Assembly (NCBI RefSeq): GCF_055900595.2
Contig: NZ_CM148325.1
Strand: one strand, 5' to 3'
Length of the DNA stretch: 64,000 nucleotides
Shown here: positions 31,799 through 45,573 of the stretch, piece by piece
Position numbering within the stretch: position 1 is the first letter of the stretch
Layout: every line of letters begins with the position of its first letter
Translations under genes and position numbers: made by a program
Notes under the pieces: model-generated
The model's input: the letters and a program-made list of their open reading frames with translations, nothing else
Database searches by the model: none
What the model was told of the DNA's origin: nothing

Positions 31799-33904
31799 TT
31801 AGTGCGCGCCTTTCGCCTGCGCCACGATCTCCTCGACATTTTCCGGCATTGGCTCATACGGCGTTTCTTTCGCCGTTGGCTTCGGCTCTTTCAATGCCGC
31901 CAGTGCCGTCTTAATCGAGAACAGCGCCAGAACCACCACGACCACCATAAAGAAGATGGTTAACCCGGCATCCAGACGGTTGTTGAACACCAGTTGCGCC
32001 AGTTGTGACTCAGTATACTGCGACGGAATATTGCCGCTGTCGATCATTGCCTGGAACTTGTTAGCAATCGCCAGGAAACCGACTTTCGCATCCGGGCTAA
32101 ACGCTTTCTGCCAGCCTGCGGTCAGGGTACAAATCAGCAGCCAGGCCGTTGGTACCAGCGCCACCCAGGCGTAACGTTGACGTTTCATTTTGAACAACAC
32201 CACGGCACAGAGCATCAGCGCCATCCCTGCCAGCATCTGGTTGGCAATACCAAACAGCGGCCACAGAGTGTTAATACCGCCCAGCGGATCGACCACGCCC
32301 TGATGCAGGAAGTAGCCCCACGCCAGCACGCACAGCGCCGTTGCCAGCAGGTTAGCAGGCAGTGAATCGGTCCGTTTCAGACCCGGAGAAACCACGCCCA
32401 GCAGATCCTGCAACATAAAGCGCGCAGCACGCGTACCTGCATCCACCGCCGTCAGAATAAACAGTGCTTCAAACAGAATGGCGAAGTGATACCAGAACGC
32501 CACATCCATCATGCCGCCCAGCGCACCGTGCAGAATGTAGGCCATCCCCACCGCCAGCGTCGGCGCACCGCCCGCACGGGAAATGATCGACTGTTCACCC
32601 ACTTCGCTGGCAATCTGATTTAACGTATCTGGCGTAATGCTAAAGCCCCAGCTACTCACTACCTGCGCAGCAGATGCCACTACATCCGCCGTCCCCGCCG
32701 GAGCCAGCACCGCCATCGGGCTGTTCATCGCGAAGTACACGCCCGGATCGATGATACAGGCAGAAACCAGTGCCATAATCGCCACGAAGGATTCCATCAA
32801 CATCCCGCCGTAGCCGATAAAGCACGCCTGACCTTCGTTCGCCAGCATCTTCGGTGTGGTGCCGGAAGAGATCAGCGCATGGAAGCCAGACACCGCGCCA
32901 CAGGCGATAGTAATAAACAGGAACGGGAACAGATTACCGGTCCATACCGGGCCAGTGCCATCTACAAACTTGGTCAGCGCAGGCATGGTCAGCGTCGGAC
33001 GCATAATCAAAATGCCTACCGCCAGACCGACGATAGTCCCGATTTTCAGGAAGGTAGAGAGGTAGTCACGCGGAGCCAGCAGCAACCACACCGGCAGAAC
33101 CGCCGCCACAAAACCGTAACCCACCAGCATCCAGGTCAGCTGCACGCCGGTAAAGTCAAAGTACGGTGCCCAGGTCGGGCTTTCTGCCACCCAGCCGCCA
33201 GAGATAATGGCGAAAATAAGGAATACCAGGCCAATCACCGACACTTCCCCAATGCGGCCTGGACGCAGATAGCGCAGGTAAATCCCCATGAACAGCGCCA
33301 GCGGAATGGTGAACGCAACGGTATACGTTCCCCACGGGCTATGAGTCAGGGCTTTCACCACGATCATCGCCAGTACTGCAAGAATAATGACCATGATCAT
33401 AAAGCAGGCCACCAGCGCAATCACCCCGGCGGTTGGCCCCATCTCTTCTTTAACCAGCTCGCCCAGCGAGCGACCGTCACGGCGCGTGGAAACAAACAGC
33501 ACCATAAAATCCTGCACCGCACCGGCGAGAACCACCCCGGCAAGTAGCCAGATCATCCCCGGTAGGTAGCCCATTTGCGCCGCCAGTACCGGCCCCACCA
33601 ACGGGCCTGCTCCGGCAATGGCCGCAAAATGGTGACCGAACAGCACTTTCTTGTCCGTCGGCACATAGTCCAGCCCGTCGTTATGGCGCACCGCTGGCGT
33701 CATACGCGTCGGGTCAACCGCCAATACATTTTTGGCAATATAAAGACCATAAAAACGGTAAGCGATCAGATAGATACAGACCGACGCTACCACAATCCAC
33801 AGCGCGTTGATCTGTTCCCCACGATTTAAAGCAATGTATCCCAGAGCAAATGCTCCCATTACAGAGAGCACTGTCCAGACGAGGTATTTCCCTGATTTGT
33901 TCAT
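31799..33904 (-). CDS. cstA: Carbon starvation protein A (pyruvate/peptide transporter family)
   Basis: 701-aa polytopic membrane ORF matching CstA. Confidence 0.94.
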   Translation of the reverse strand: MNKSGKYLVWTVLSVMGAFALGYIALNRGEQINALWIVVASVCIYLIAYRFYGLYIAKNVLAVDPTRMTPAVRHNDGLDYVPTDKKVLFGHHFAAIAGAGPLVGPVLAAQMGYLPGMIWLLAGVVLAGAVQDFMVLFVSTRRDGRSLGELVKEEMGPTAGVIALVACFMIMVIILAVLAMIVVKALTHSPWGTYTVAFTIPLALFMGIYLRYLRPGRIGEVSVIGLVFLIFAIISGGWVAESPTWAPYFDFTGVQLTWMLVGYGFVAAVLPVWLLLAPRDYLSTFLKIGTIVGLAVGILIMRPTLTMPALTKFVDGTGPVWTGNLFPFLFITIACGAVSGFHALISSGTTPKMLANEGQACFIGYGGMLMESFVAIMALVSACIIDPGVYFAMNSPMAVLAPAGTADVVASAAQVVSSWGFSITPDTLNQIASEVGEQSIISRAGGAPTLAVGMAYILHGALGGMMDVAFWYHFAILFEALFILTAVDAGTRAARFMLQDLLGVVSPGLKRTDSLPANLLATALCVLAWGYFLHQGVVDPLGGINTLWPLFGIANQMLAGMALMLCAVVLFKMKRQRYAWVALVPTAWLLICTLTAGWQKAFSPDAKVGFLAIANKFQAMIDSGNIPSQYTESQLAQLVFNNRLDAGLTIFFMVVVVVLALFSIKTALAALKEPKPTAKETPYEPMPENVEEIVAQAKGAH

Positions 33905-34084
33905 AGTTGTTATCCGTGTGCGTGTCCATAGAGATGTTACATTTTGTTTCTATAACATCTTTGTGCAATTTAACAACACGGCAACTATGTAAATCGGAGT
34001 TGAAACCAATATTTAACTTAACAATGTTAACTTGATCACTTCGTTAACTGAGTTTTCCTGCAATCTCATTTAATTCTGTCGGGT
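33905..34084 (-). promoter_or_regulatory. cstA promoter/leader region
   Basis: 180-bp spacer upstream of cstA containing an 8-bp inverted repeat agatgtta-N13-taacatct (33931..33960); CRP and CsrA control of cstA is established knowledge, sites not resolved. Confidence 0.4.
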
Positions 34085-35246
<1,162 letters not shown>

Positions 35247-35247
<1 letters not shown>

Positions 35248-36104
35248 CATTTCACCTCGCGGGAGAGTAGCTTCCACCAGGCATCGATGGTCGGATTTTT
35301 CGCCAGCATGACAAAATCGATATCGCCATGCACTTTGCGCCAGCGCGCCGCCAGCGCCATCATGCGCACCGAATCCAGACCGTAATCAATTAGGTTGTCG
35401 TCATCGAACGGCTCATCGGACTCGTCCAGCAACGGCAAGATCACCTCACGCAGCGCCGATTTGCTGGCGGGGATAGGTACTGGCAGCAATTCTTCGGTCA
35501 TCACCACCCGGCCAGAACGTCCGGCCACATATTTCAGCGACATCAAATGCTCGTCACGGCTGAAATCGGCCAGCGCATCTGCCACCATAAACGGTTTAAT
35601 ATCGCGCATAAATGCGTCGGTTGCGGTGGTCATACAGCCAATGTGGGCGTACACCCCGGTTATAATCAGTTGGTTACGTCCACTCTCTTTGAGCATTTGT
35701 TCCAGCGGAGAACGATGAAACGCGCTGTAGCGCCACTTCACCAACACCGTGTCGTCGGCATCTGGCGTCAGGCGATCCACCACCTTTTGCTGTTCCGGTG
35801 AACGGGTCAGGCCCGGCCCCCACATATCATTCAACAGCGCCCGATCTTCATCGCTCTGCTCTTTCGGCTGGGCGGTGTAATAAACCGGGATATTGTGCTG
35901 TTTGCAGTAGTCGCGTAGTGCCGCAATATTCGCGATCACCTGCTCCATCATCGGGCAGTTCTCGCCCCAGAAGCTAACAAAATAGTCCTGCATATCATGG
36001 ATTAACAACGCGGCACGTTGCGGCTCAAAGGCCCAGTTGACTTTATTGTGCGGAATATCGTGAGACTCCGGCAGTGCGTAAGCCTGTAATTTTGGAATAG
36101 CCAT
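35247..36104 (-). CDS. entB: Isochorismatase / aryl carrier protein
   Basis: 285-aa ORF MAIPKLQAYALPESHDIP...; C-terminal ArCP with LGLDSV phosphopantetheine site. Confidence 0.95.
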
Positions 36105-36117
36105 CGTGTTCTCTCCT

Positions 36118-37728
36118 TCAGGCTGATGCGCGTGACGCCAGCCACTGACGTAATTGTTTTTTATCGACTTTCCCGACCGCCGTCAGCGGAAGTGAATCTA
36201 CACACTCCACGCGATCCGGTAATTTAAATTCGGCAATACCCTGTTCACGCAGGAAACGACGCACCTGTACCGCACGCAGTGGTTCTTTTACCACCAGATA
36301 AGCACAGCTTTTTTCGCCCATCAGCTCATCTTCCATGCTCACCAGTGCGGCGTAGATCACTGCCGGATGGCGCAGTAACAGGTTTTCGATCTCTTCGGCA
36401 GCGATCTTCTCGCCGCCACGGTTGATCTGATCTTTCTCGCGCCCCTGCACGGTGATGTACCCCTCTGGATCAATAGAGATCAGATCGCCGGAACAGTAAA
36501 AACCGTTGGCATCAAAGGCGCTGGCATTGTGCTGTGGACTTTTGTAATAGCCGCGGAAGGTGTACGGCCCGCGCGTCATCAGGCGTCCAACCTCCCCTTG
36601 CGGCAGTGGATTTCCGTCAGCATCGGCAACCCACACTTCATCATCCGGACACATTGGATAGCCCTGGGTATGGATAATTTTTTCCGCGCTATCATCAAGA
36701 CGGGTGTAGTTCACCAGCCCTTCCGCCATGCCGAATACCTGCTGTAACTGGCAGCCAATCTCTGCGGGAATACGCGCCGCAAGCGTGGCAGAAAGACGTG
36801 CGCCACCGACCTGTAACAGTTTCAGCGAGGCAAGCTGCGCCCGGCTTTCGCCTTCAGCCAGTGCCTGCAACCACAGGCTGACTGCTGGCGGCACCAGCGC
36901 GGTGACGTTCACCTGATGTTTTTCAATCAATGGGAAACAAAGCGTGGCGCTGGGGTCGGCAGCCAGAACGACAGTGCCGCCAGCGAGAAATACCCCCAAC
37001 GATCCCGGCGAACTCATGGCGTAGTTATGAGCCGCCGGGATCGCGCACAGGTAGCGCGTTTGTTGCGTGAACTGACAAATCTCGACGCTACGACGCACGC
37101 TGTAGTAGTAGTCGTTATGAGTGCGCGGGATCAGTTTCGGTGTGCCGGTGGTGCCGCCGGAAAGCTGGAAATAGGCCACTTCATCGGCAGGTGACGGTGT
37201 GGCAGTAAAATCCTCTGCCGGATGGTTAATCGCATCCTGCAAGTTATGCTCACCGCTGTCGTTCAGCAGCTGCACCACGCGAATGGAGGAGTGCTCTGCA
37301 ACAAATGTATTGAGGAAATCATCCCCGCTAAACAGCGCATGTTGGCGATCGGCAATCAGTAACACCGGTTTAATCTGGCTGGCGTATGCGTTCATTTCAC
37401 TACGCTGATGACTGAACAGCGCCAGTACCGGTGCAACGCCCAGTTTTAACAGCGCAAAAAAGGTAATATACAATTCAGCGACGTTACCCAGTTGTACCAG
37501 TGCGGTTTCACCGGGTTTAATGCCCTGACGACGCAAGCTACAGGCGAGATTATCCGCCGCCTGATTCAGTTCCCGGTAACTCAACTGACGCTCGCCGTCG
37601 ATGACCGCGATGCTGTCGCTTGCGGCATGACGGGTCAGAATGTCGGTCAGCGGCAAATCCTGCCAGTAGCCTTTTTCCCGATAGCGACGGGCAAACTCTT
37701 CCGGCCAGCGGGTGAATGGAATGCTCAT
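36118..37728 (-). CDS. entE: 2,3-dihydroxybenzoate-AMP ligase
   Basis: 536-aa adenylation enzyme (SGGTTGTPK motif). Confidence 0.95.
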   Translation of the reverse strand: MSIPFTRWPEEFARRYREKGYWQDLPLTDILTRHAASDSIAVIDGERQLSYRELNQAADNLACSLRRQGIKPGETALVQLGNVAELYITFFALLKLGVAPVLALFSHQRSEMNAYASQIKPVLLIADRQHALFSGDDFLNTFVAEHSSIRVVQLLNDSGEHNLQDAINHPAEDFTATPSPADEVAYFQLSGGTTGTPKLIPRTHNDYYYSVRRSVEICQFTQQTRYLCAIPAAHNYAMSSPGSLGVFLAGGTVVLAADPSATLCFPLIEKHQVNVTALVPPAVSLWLQALAEGESRAQLASLKLLQVGGARLSATLAARIPAEIGCQLQQVFGMAEGLVNYTRLDDSAEKIIHTQGYPMCPDDEVWVADADGNPLPQGEVGRLMTRGPYTFRGYYKSPQHNASAFDANGFYCSGDLISIDPEGYITVQGREKDQINRGGEKIAAEEIENLLLRHPAVIYAALVSMEDELMGEKSCAYLVVKEPLRAVQVRRFLREQGIAEFKLPDRVECVDSLPLTAVGKVDKKQLRQWLASRASA

Positions 37729-37737
37729 CCTCGCTCC

Positions 37738-38913
<1,176 letters not shown>

Positions 38914-38927
38914 ATCATCCTCCACAA

Positions 38928-38962
38928 AATGATAAAGGCTTTAATAATGATTATCATTTATA
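38928..38962. promoter_or_regulatory. Fur box in the divergent entC / fepB promoter region
   Basis: aaTAATGATtATCATTtaT closely matches the Fur consensus GATAATGATAATCATTATC. Confidence 0.8.
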
Positions 38963-39101
38963 TTTTCGGTCGCTAACCTAAAAGCAAACGAGCACTATGT
39001 CAACTCTTGAGGTAATGCAATCTGCAAGTCGGGGTTGCATCTGCTTGTGGTTACAATGAAAATGAGAAGCATTAACTTCATTAATAACAGGAAGCTGATT
39101 T

Positions 39102-40058
39102 GTGAGACTCGCCCCGCTCTACCGCAACGCCCTTCTTTTAACTGGAATTTTGCTTTCAGGAATATCCGCAGTTCAGGCTGCCGACTGGCCGCGTCAGATT
39201 ACTGACAGTCGTGGTACTCATACCCTGGAAAGCCAGCCGCAACGTATTGTTTCCACCAGCGTCACCCTGACCGGCTCACTGCTGGCGATTGATGCACCAG
39301 TGATCGCCAGCGGCGCGACCACGCCGAATAACCGCGTAGCGGATGACCAGGGTTTTTTACGCCAGTGGAGTAAGGTAGCGAAAGAACGCAAACTGCAACG
39401 TCTCTATATCGGCGAACCGAACGCCGAAGCAGTAGCGGCACAAATGCCAGATCTGATTTTAATTAGCGCGACCGGCGGCGATTCAGCGCTGGCGCTATAC
39501 GATCAGCTTTCCACTATCGCACCAACGTTAATCATCAATTACGACGATAAAAGCTGGCAGTCGCTGTTAACGCAACTTGGCGAAATTACCGGGCATGAGA
39601 AACAAGCGGCAGAGCGGATTGCACAGTTTGATAAGCAACTGGTGGCGGCGAAAGAGGAAATCAAATTACCGCCGCAGCCGGTCACTGCCATTGTCTATAC
39701 CGCCGCTGCACACAGTGCCAATCTCTGGACGCCTGAATCAGCACAAGGCCAGATGCTGGAACAACTCGGCTTTACGCTGGCCAGGTTGCCCGCAGGCTTA
39801 AACGCCAGCCAAAGCCAGGGCAAACGCCATGACATCATTCAGCTTGGTGGGGAAAATCTGGCGGCAGGGTTAAATGGCGAGTCGCTATTCCTGTTCGCCG
39901 GTGATCAGAAAGACGCCGATGCGATTTATGCCAATCCACTGCTCGCGCACCTGCCTGCAGTACAAAACAAGCAGGTTTATGCGCTGGGAACCGAGACGTT
40001 CCGACTGGATTACTACAGCGCCATGCAAGTGCTGGATCGGCTTAAGGCGCTGTTCTAA
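39102..40058 (+). CDS. fepB: Ferric enterobactin periplasmic binding protein
   Basis: 318-aa ORF with GTG start and signal peptide; matches FepB. Confidence 0.93.
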   Translation: MRLAPLYRNALLLTGILLSGISAVQAADWPRQITDSRGTHTLESQPQRIVSTSVTLTGSLLAIDAPVIASGATTPNNRVADDQGFLRQWSKVAKERKLQRLYIGEPNAEAVAAQMPDLILISATGGDSALALYDQLSTIAPTLIINYDDKSWQSLLTQLGEITGHEKQAAERIAQFDKQLVAAKEEIKLPPQPVTAIVYTAAAHSANLWTPESAQGQMLEQLGFTLARLPAGLNASQSQGKRHDIIQLGGENLAAGLNGESLFLFAGDQKDADAIYANPLLAHLPAVQNKQVYALGTETFRLDYYSAMQVLDRLKALF

Positions 40059-40061
40059 GCA

Positions 40062-41312
40062 TTAACTGTCAGACGCTGTCACCTGCGGCGGCGTCTGGCG
40101 AAAACGACGCAACTCTACCAGTACCAGCAACAACAACACGCCGATAATCAACAAACCAAAACCACTCGCGCTTGCGGAGGCCACCGGCGTCATCATCGCT
40201 CCCAGACCGCCCAACAGCGCTGCGCCTATAGCATCGCCCGTCACGTTTTGTGCCGTCCACAAACCGTTAATCCGCCCTAACATCGCTTCCGGGGTTTGCG
40301 TTTGCAGCATTGTGTATTGCAGCAACGAACTAACCGCGCTCAACCAGCCGAACAGCGCCAGACAAACCACGCCTAAAATCCACATCGGCATCAGGCCAAA
40401 CAAACCAATGGCGAGGAACGATCCCAGCGTGGAGAGCAGCATCAATAACCCTGGTCGCGCACTATGTGCCAGCTTCCCGCTGGTTAACGCGCCAATAGCT
40501 GCACCGAGCGGGATCGCCGCATAGAGAAAACCAATCTGTGCCGCCGACATCTGCCAGTTGTCAGCCAGCGCCGGATACAGTACCCGTACCGCGCTCGCCA
40601 TCGTCAATAAACCCCCCAGCAGCGCAATCCCTCCCACCAGCGGGCTGGCAAGCAGAAAACGAAATCCTGCCAGTAATGATTTCAACGGATGCTCACGCGG
40701 TTGCGGTGGCGGAGGTAGCGCCGGAAGGCTTAACAACGGTAGCAAGGTAATAAACGTGCCCGCCGCCGCCAGCCCGTAGTTCCAGGCTACGCCGCCAGTC
40801 GCCAGCAGTAAGCCGCCAATCATGGGCGAAATTACCGATCCCAGCCGCACGGTCAACATGGTGATTGCCCCGGCCTGCATTAAATTTTCACGCCCAACTA
40901 ATGCCGGAGTCGCCGCCAGAAGCGCCGTAACGCCAAGTGACGCGAAAAAGCCATCCCATAATCCGAGTAAATAGATTGCCAGCAAAGACGGCTCCGGCAG
41001 CAACGCGTTCAGGCACAGACCAATGAAGCCAATGCCACAGGTGCCGCGCGCCAGCAAAATCACTTTTTTGCGCTCATAGCGATCCGCCAGCACACCGCCG
41101 ACCATCAAGCCGACAAACATCGCCCCGCCGGTCAGCGTCACCGAAAGACCCACCTGCCAGGTAGAATGCGTCATCATCTGGATCTGCACTGGCACCGCGA
41201 CGCCGAGCAAACCCAGAGAAACAATAGAGATAAAACGAGCGAGGAATACTGCGCGAAACGCCGGGTGCGTTTTCAACAGGCTGAGGTTAAGCAGCCAGGA
41301 TTGTTTATTCAT
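40062..41312 (-). CDS. entS: Enterobactin exporter (MFS)
   Basis: 416-aa MFS membrane ORF matching EntS/YbdA. Confidence 0.93.
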
Positions 41313-41379
41313 TACAATGCCTTGCCATCAAATATTTTAAATACCTATTCTTAGGCTGCACATGCTAACATATCCAAAT

Positions 41380-41410
41380 AAGATCGATAACGATAATTAA
41401 TTTCATTATC
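41380..41410. promoter_or_regulatory. Fur box(es) in the divergent entS / fepD promoter region
   Basis: gataacgataattaatttcattatc contains overlapping GATAAT-type Fur hexamers directly before fepD. Confidence 0.75.
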
Positions 41411-41422
41411 ATGGAAGTTCGT

Positions 41423-42427
41423 ATGTCTGGTTCTGTTGCCGTGACACGCGCCATTGCCGTGCCCGGATTGCTGTTATTACTGATTATCGCGACGGCATTA
41501 AGCCTGCTCATTGGAGCAAAATCACTCCCCGCTTCCGTAGTGCTGGAGGCCCTCTCCGGCACCTGCCAGAGCGCCGACTGCACCATCGTGCTCGACGCGC
41601 GACTGCCGCGTACCCTTGCCGGTTTACTGGCAGGCGGCGCGCTTGGCCTTGCCGGGGCGTTAATGCAAACCCTCACCCGAAACCCACTTGCCGACCCCGG
41701 CTTGCTTGGCGTGAACGCCGGGGCCAGCTTTGCCATTGTGCTGGGCGCGGCGCTGTTTGGTTACTCATCCGCGCAGGAACAACTGGCGATGGCCTTCGCC
41801 GGGGCGCTGGTGGCCTCGTTGATTGTTGCCTTTACTGGCAGCCAGGGCGGTGGGCAGTTAAGTCCGGTGCGTTTAACTCTGGCGGGCGTGGCGCTGGCGG
41901 CAGTGCTGGAAGGGCTGACCAGCGGCATCGCCCTGCTTAATCCCGACGTCTACGATCAACTGCGTTTCTGGCAAGCCGGTTCGCTGGATATTCGTAATTT
42001 ACACACCTTAAAAGTGGTGCTGATCCCTGTGCTGATCGCCGGAGCAACTGCGCTATTACTGAGCCGCGCACTGAACAGTTTAAGCCTCGGCAGTGACACC
42101 GCGACGGCGCTGGGCAGTCGCGTAGCACGCACGCAGTTGATTGGGCTGCTGGCGATTACCGTGCTTTGTGGTAGTGCGACGGCGGTAGTTGGCCCGATTG
42201 CCTTTATTGGCCTGATGATGCCGCATATGGCGCGCTGGCTGGTAGGTGCCGATCATCGCTGGTCGCTGCCCGTCACGCTGCTTGCCACACCTGCCCTGCT
42301 GCTGTTTGCCGATATTATCGGGCGGGTGATTGTTCCCGGCGAACTGCGCGTTTCTGTAGTCAGTGCCTTTATTGGCGCACCAGTGCTGATCTTCCTTGTA
42401 CGACGTAAAACGCGAGGTGGCGCATGA
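41423..42427 (+). CDS. fepD: Ferric enterobactin ABC transporter permease
   Basis: Start taken at MSGSVAVTRAIAVPGLL... (334 aa); the ORF allows a start 4 codons upstream at 41411. Confidence 0.9.
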   Translation: MSGSVAVTRAIAVPGLLLLLIIATALSLLIGAKSLPASVVLEALSGTCQSADCTIVLDARLPRTLAGLLAGGALGLAGALMQTLTRNPLADPGLLGVNAGASFAIVLGAALFGYSSAQEQLAMAFAGALVASLIVAFTGSQGGGQLSPVRLTLAGVALAAVLEGLTSGIALLNPDVYDQLRFWQAGSLDIRNLHTLKVVLIPVLIAGATALLLSRALNSLSLGSDTATALGSRVARTQLIGLLAITVLCGSATAVVGPIAFIGLMMPHMARWLVGADHRWSLPVTLLATPALLLFADIIGRVIVPGELRVSVVSAFIGAPVLIFLVRRKTRGGA

Positions 42428-43416
42428 TTTACGTCTCTCGTCGATTAATTATCACCTGTCTGCTGTTGCTAATAGCTTGTGTGATGGCAAGCGTGTGGGG
42501 ATTACGCAGCGGTGCCGTCACGCTGGAAACCTCTCAGGTATTTGCCGCGCTGATGGGTGACGCACCGCGCAGTATGACAATGGTGGTCACCGAATGGCGT
42601 TTACCGCGGGTACTAATGGCACTGTTGATTGGTGCGGCACTGGGCGTCAGCGGCGCGATTTTTCAGTCGTTGATGCGTAACCCACTCGGCAGCCCTGACG
42701 TAATGGGCTTTAACACCGGAGCGTGGAGCGGCGTGCTGGTGGCGATGGTGCTGTTTGGTCAGGACCTGACGGCTATCGCGCTGGCAGCAATGGCGGGCGG
42801 CATTATCACTTCGCTGCTGGTCTGGCTGCTTGCCTGGCGTAACGGTATCGACACCTTTCGGTTGATTATTATCGGCATCGGTGTTCGCGCCATGCTGGTG
42901 GCCTTTAATACCTGGCTGTTGCTGAAAGCGTCATTAGAAACGGCGCTAACAGCGGGTTTGTGGAATGCCGGATCGCTCAATGGCCTGACGTGGGCAAAAA
43001 CCTCGCCCTCCGCGCCCATCATTATATTGATGCTAATTGCCGCCGCCTTGCTGGTAAGGCGGATGCGCTTGCTGGAGATGGGCGATGACACCGCGTGTGC
43101 GTTAGGCGTCAGCGTCGAACGTTCGCGGCTGTTAATGATGCTGGTCGCCGTAGTACTTACCGCAGCTGCCACTGCCCTGGCGGGGCCGATTTCCTTTATT
43201 GCTTTAGTTGCGCCACACATTGCCCGCCGCATCAGCGGCACCGCTCGCTGGGGTCTAACCCAGGCAGCGCTGTGCGGTGCGCTGTTACTGCTGGCAGCCG
43301 ATCTCTGTGCTCAACAACTGTTTATGCCGTATCAACTTCCGGTTGGCGTCGTTACCGTCAGCCTCGGCGGTATTTACCTTATCGTCTTGTTAATTCAGGA
43401 GTCTCGCAAAAAATGA
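42424..43416 (+). CDS. fepG: Ferric enterobactin ABC transporter permease
   Basis: 330-aa ORF MIYVSRRL...; start overlaps the fepD stop. Confidence 0.93.
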   Translation: MIYVSRRLIITCLLLLIACVMASVWGLRSGAVTLETSQVFAALMGDAPRSMTMVVTEWRLPRVLMALLIGAALGVSGAIFQSLMRNPLGSPDVMGFNTGAWSGVLVAMVLFGQDLTAIALAAMAGGIITSLLVWLLAWRNGIDTFRLIIIGIGVRAMLVAFNTWLLLKASLETALTAGLWNAGSLNGLTWAKTSPSAPIIILMLIAAALLVRRMRLLEMGDDTACALGVSVERSRLLMMLVAVVLTAAATALAGPISFIALVAPHIARRISGTARWGLTQAALCGALLLLAADLCAQQLFMPYQLPVGVVTVSLGGIYLIVLLIQESRKK

Positions 43417-44228
43417 CCGAATCAGTAGCCCGTTTGCGTGGCGAACAGTTAACCCTAGGATATGGCAAATATACCGTTGCGGAAAATCTGACTGTAGAAA
43501 TTCCTGATGGTCACTTCACGGCAATTATCGGGCCAAATGGCTGCGGTAAATCCACGTTGCTGCGTACCTTAAGCCGCCTGATGACGCCTGCTCACGGGCA
43601 TGTCTGGCTGGATGGCGAGCACATTCAACATTACGCCAGTAAAGAGGTCGCACGCCGGATTGGTTTACTGGCGCAAAACGCCACCACGCCGGGAGATATC
43701 ACCGTGCAGGAGCTGGTGGCGCGTGGGCGATACCCGCATCAACCGCTGTTTACCCGCTGGCGCAAAGAAGATGAAGAAGCGGTAACGAAAGCGATGCAGG
43801 CCACGGGAATAACTCATCTGGCAGATCAAAGCGTGGATACCCTTTCTGGCGGACAACGCCAGCGAGCGTGGATCGCGATGGTGCTGGCCCAGGAAACGGC
43901 AATTATGCTACTCGACGAACCCACCACCTGGCTGGATATCAGTCATCAGATTGATTTGCTGGAATTGTTAAGCGAACTGAACCGCGAGAAAGGCTATACC
44001 CTGGCGGCGGTACTGCACGATCTTAATCAGGCCTGTCGGTACGCTAGCCATTTGATTGCATTACGTGAAGGGAAAATTGTCGCTCAAGGAGCACCAAAAG
44101 AGATAGTCACTGCTGAACTGATTGAGCGTATTTATGGTTTGCGTTGCATGATCATTGACGATCCGGTAGCCGGAACTCCGCTTGTGGTGCCGCTCGGACG
44201 AACGGCACCTTCAACCGCGAAGATTTAA
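43413..44228 (+). CDS. fepC: Ferric enterobactin ABC transporter ATP-binding protein
   Basis: Trimmed from a 377-aa ORF to MTESVARLRGEQLTLGY... (271 aa); Walker A GPNGCGKST, signature LSGGQRQR; start overlaps the fepG stop (ATGA). Confidence 0.94.
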   Translation: MTESVARLRGEQLTLGYGKYTVAENLTVEIPDGHFTAIIGPNGCGKSTLLRTLSRLMTPAHGHVWLDGEHIQHYASKEVARRIGLLAQNATTPGDITVQELVARGRYPHQPLFTRWRKEDEEAVTKAMQATGITHLADQSVDTLSGGQRQRAWIAMVLAQETAIMLLDEPTTWLDISHQIDLLELLSELNREKGYTLAAVLHDLNQACRYASHLIALREGKIVAQGAPKEIVTAELIERIYGLRCMIIDDPVAGTPLVVPLGRTAPSTAKI

Positions 44229-45358
44229 ACTAAGTGGTCTGCCATCATGGCATCCTGTTTTCTGGATGCCATGGCATGGCGCAACAGCACGCTACCACAA
44301 GCCACCATACCGCCGATCAACGCAGAAAGGATCACGATAATCGCCTTACCCGGCCCGTCTTTTTTCACTGGCAATGACGGGCTTAACTGATATTTAAACG
44401 GCGTAAAATTCACATCGTTGATATTTGCTTTTGTTAGCTGCTCAACAAGATACTGACGATTACGTAATTCACCGTTCAGTTCCGCAACGTCAGTAACCGC
44501 TTTTTCAATTTCCAGTTTGCGTTCAATACCGTCTGCGCCGAGAGAAATAGAGAAATCGGGGTCATCTTTAACGGCCTGACCATTACTGTAAACGGGCTTT
44601 TTAATTCCTGCCGCGTTGGCAATGTCGAGTGAATAATTGAGGCGCTGAATGTTTGCATCAAGTTGATTTTTCGTTTTAATGCGATCCTGAGCCAGTTTTT
44701 CTTTTTCAAACTGGGTTTTGATCTCCAGTTTATTACGGACGTTTTCTATCGACTCTTTCACCACCAATGCAGAGATATAATCGATATACCCGCTCAAAAC
44801 GGTCTGCGCCTCTTCACTGGTTGGCGCGGTAAAACTTAGCGTCCAGGAGGCATACAGTGACGGTTCATCTTTTTTCTTACTGGCATTGTCATCAACCGCT
44901 TTCATTTTTTCGCTCAATGCGACGATAGCGCGATGCAAATCCAGTTCGTCGATTTTCGCCTCTTTTAATTGGTCCATCACATAAGGTGATGAGCGCAGGT
45001 ACTCTTCCAGTAAGCTAACAGACTGAAACTTCTTGATAAACAGGTTAAATGCTTCTGTACGATCAATTTTGATATCCAGATCCAGCACACGAAGCTTAGT
45101 GAATGTTTTCTCAAGCGCCTGCCACTGAACAGGTTCTGGAGGCGTGACAACCGCCGCGCTGGTCCATTTTTGCGGCAGGATGAAAGAGATCAGTAAACCT
45201 GCGCAGACAAACGCAAAAACGACCGCCATGACCGTTTTTTTGGCCCGCCATAAAACTTCAATTAGATTAAGTAAATCAATTTCATTATTACTGGGCGACG
45301 CCAGAGGATACTCGGGAAAATGAGCGTCACTTCCCTGTTTAATATTCAGTGATGACAT
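44225..45358 (-). CDS. fepE: Polysaccharide co-polymerase (Wzz-family O-antigen chain-length regulator) FepE
   Basis: 377-aa ORF with N- and C-terminal TM segments; 3' end overlaps the fepC 3' end by 4 nt (convergent). Confidence 0.92.
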   Translation of the reverse strand: MSSLNIKQGSDAHFPEYPLASPSNNEIDLLNLIEVLWRAKKTVMAVVFAFVCAGLLISFILPQKWTSAAVVTPPEPVQWQALEKTFTKLRVLDLDIKIDRTEAFNLFIKKFQSVSLLEEYLRSSPYVMDQLKEAKIDELDLHRAIVALSEKMKAVDDNASKKKDEPSLYASWTLSFTAPTSEEAQTVLSGYIDYISALVVKESIENVRNKLEIKTQFEKEKLAQDRIKTKNQLDANIQRLNYSLDIANAAGIKKPVYSNGQAVKDDPDFSISLGADGIERKLEIEKAVTDVAELNGELRNRQYLVEQLTKANINDVNFTPFKYQLSPSLPVKKDGPGKAIIVILSALIGGMVACGSVLLRHAMASRKQDAMMADHLV

Positions 45359-45573
45359 GGGGTATAACCTGAAAATGAGTCCAATAGGGGGAAATCTCCA
45401 CGGCGCTCACTTTACCAGTTGGTGAGAATTATCCGAAGCTGAAGTTTGTAAATTCCTCCCACTGAATGCAACATTCACTCTATTTCAGAGAAATATCCGT
45501 TAAATTGATAAATTAAATAAATAATAAACCCATAATCATTTATTGTAATTATGGGTTTATAGATAATATAAAT

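Noticed and set aside
43095-43412. 5' extension of the fepC ORF (377 aa) overlapping most of the fepG 3' end; comparable upstream in-frame extensions on entF, citF, citC, fepA, entD, dsbG, rna, uspG and ahpF
   Set aside because: The extensions are unrelated to the known proteins, and an internal ATG with appropriate spacing, overlap or RBS reproduces the recognised N-terminus in each case.
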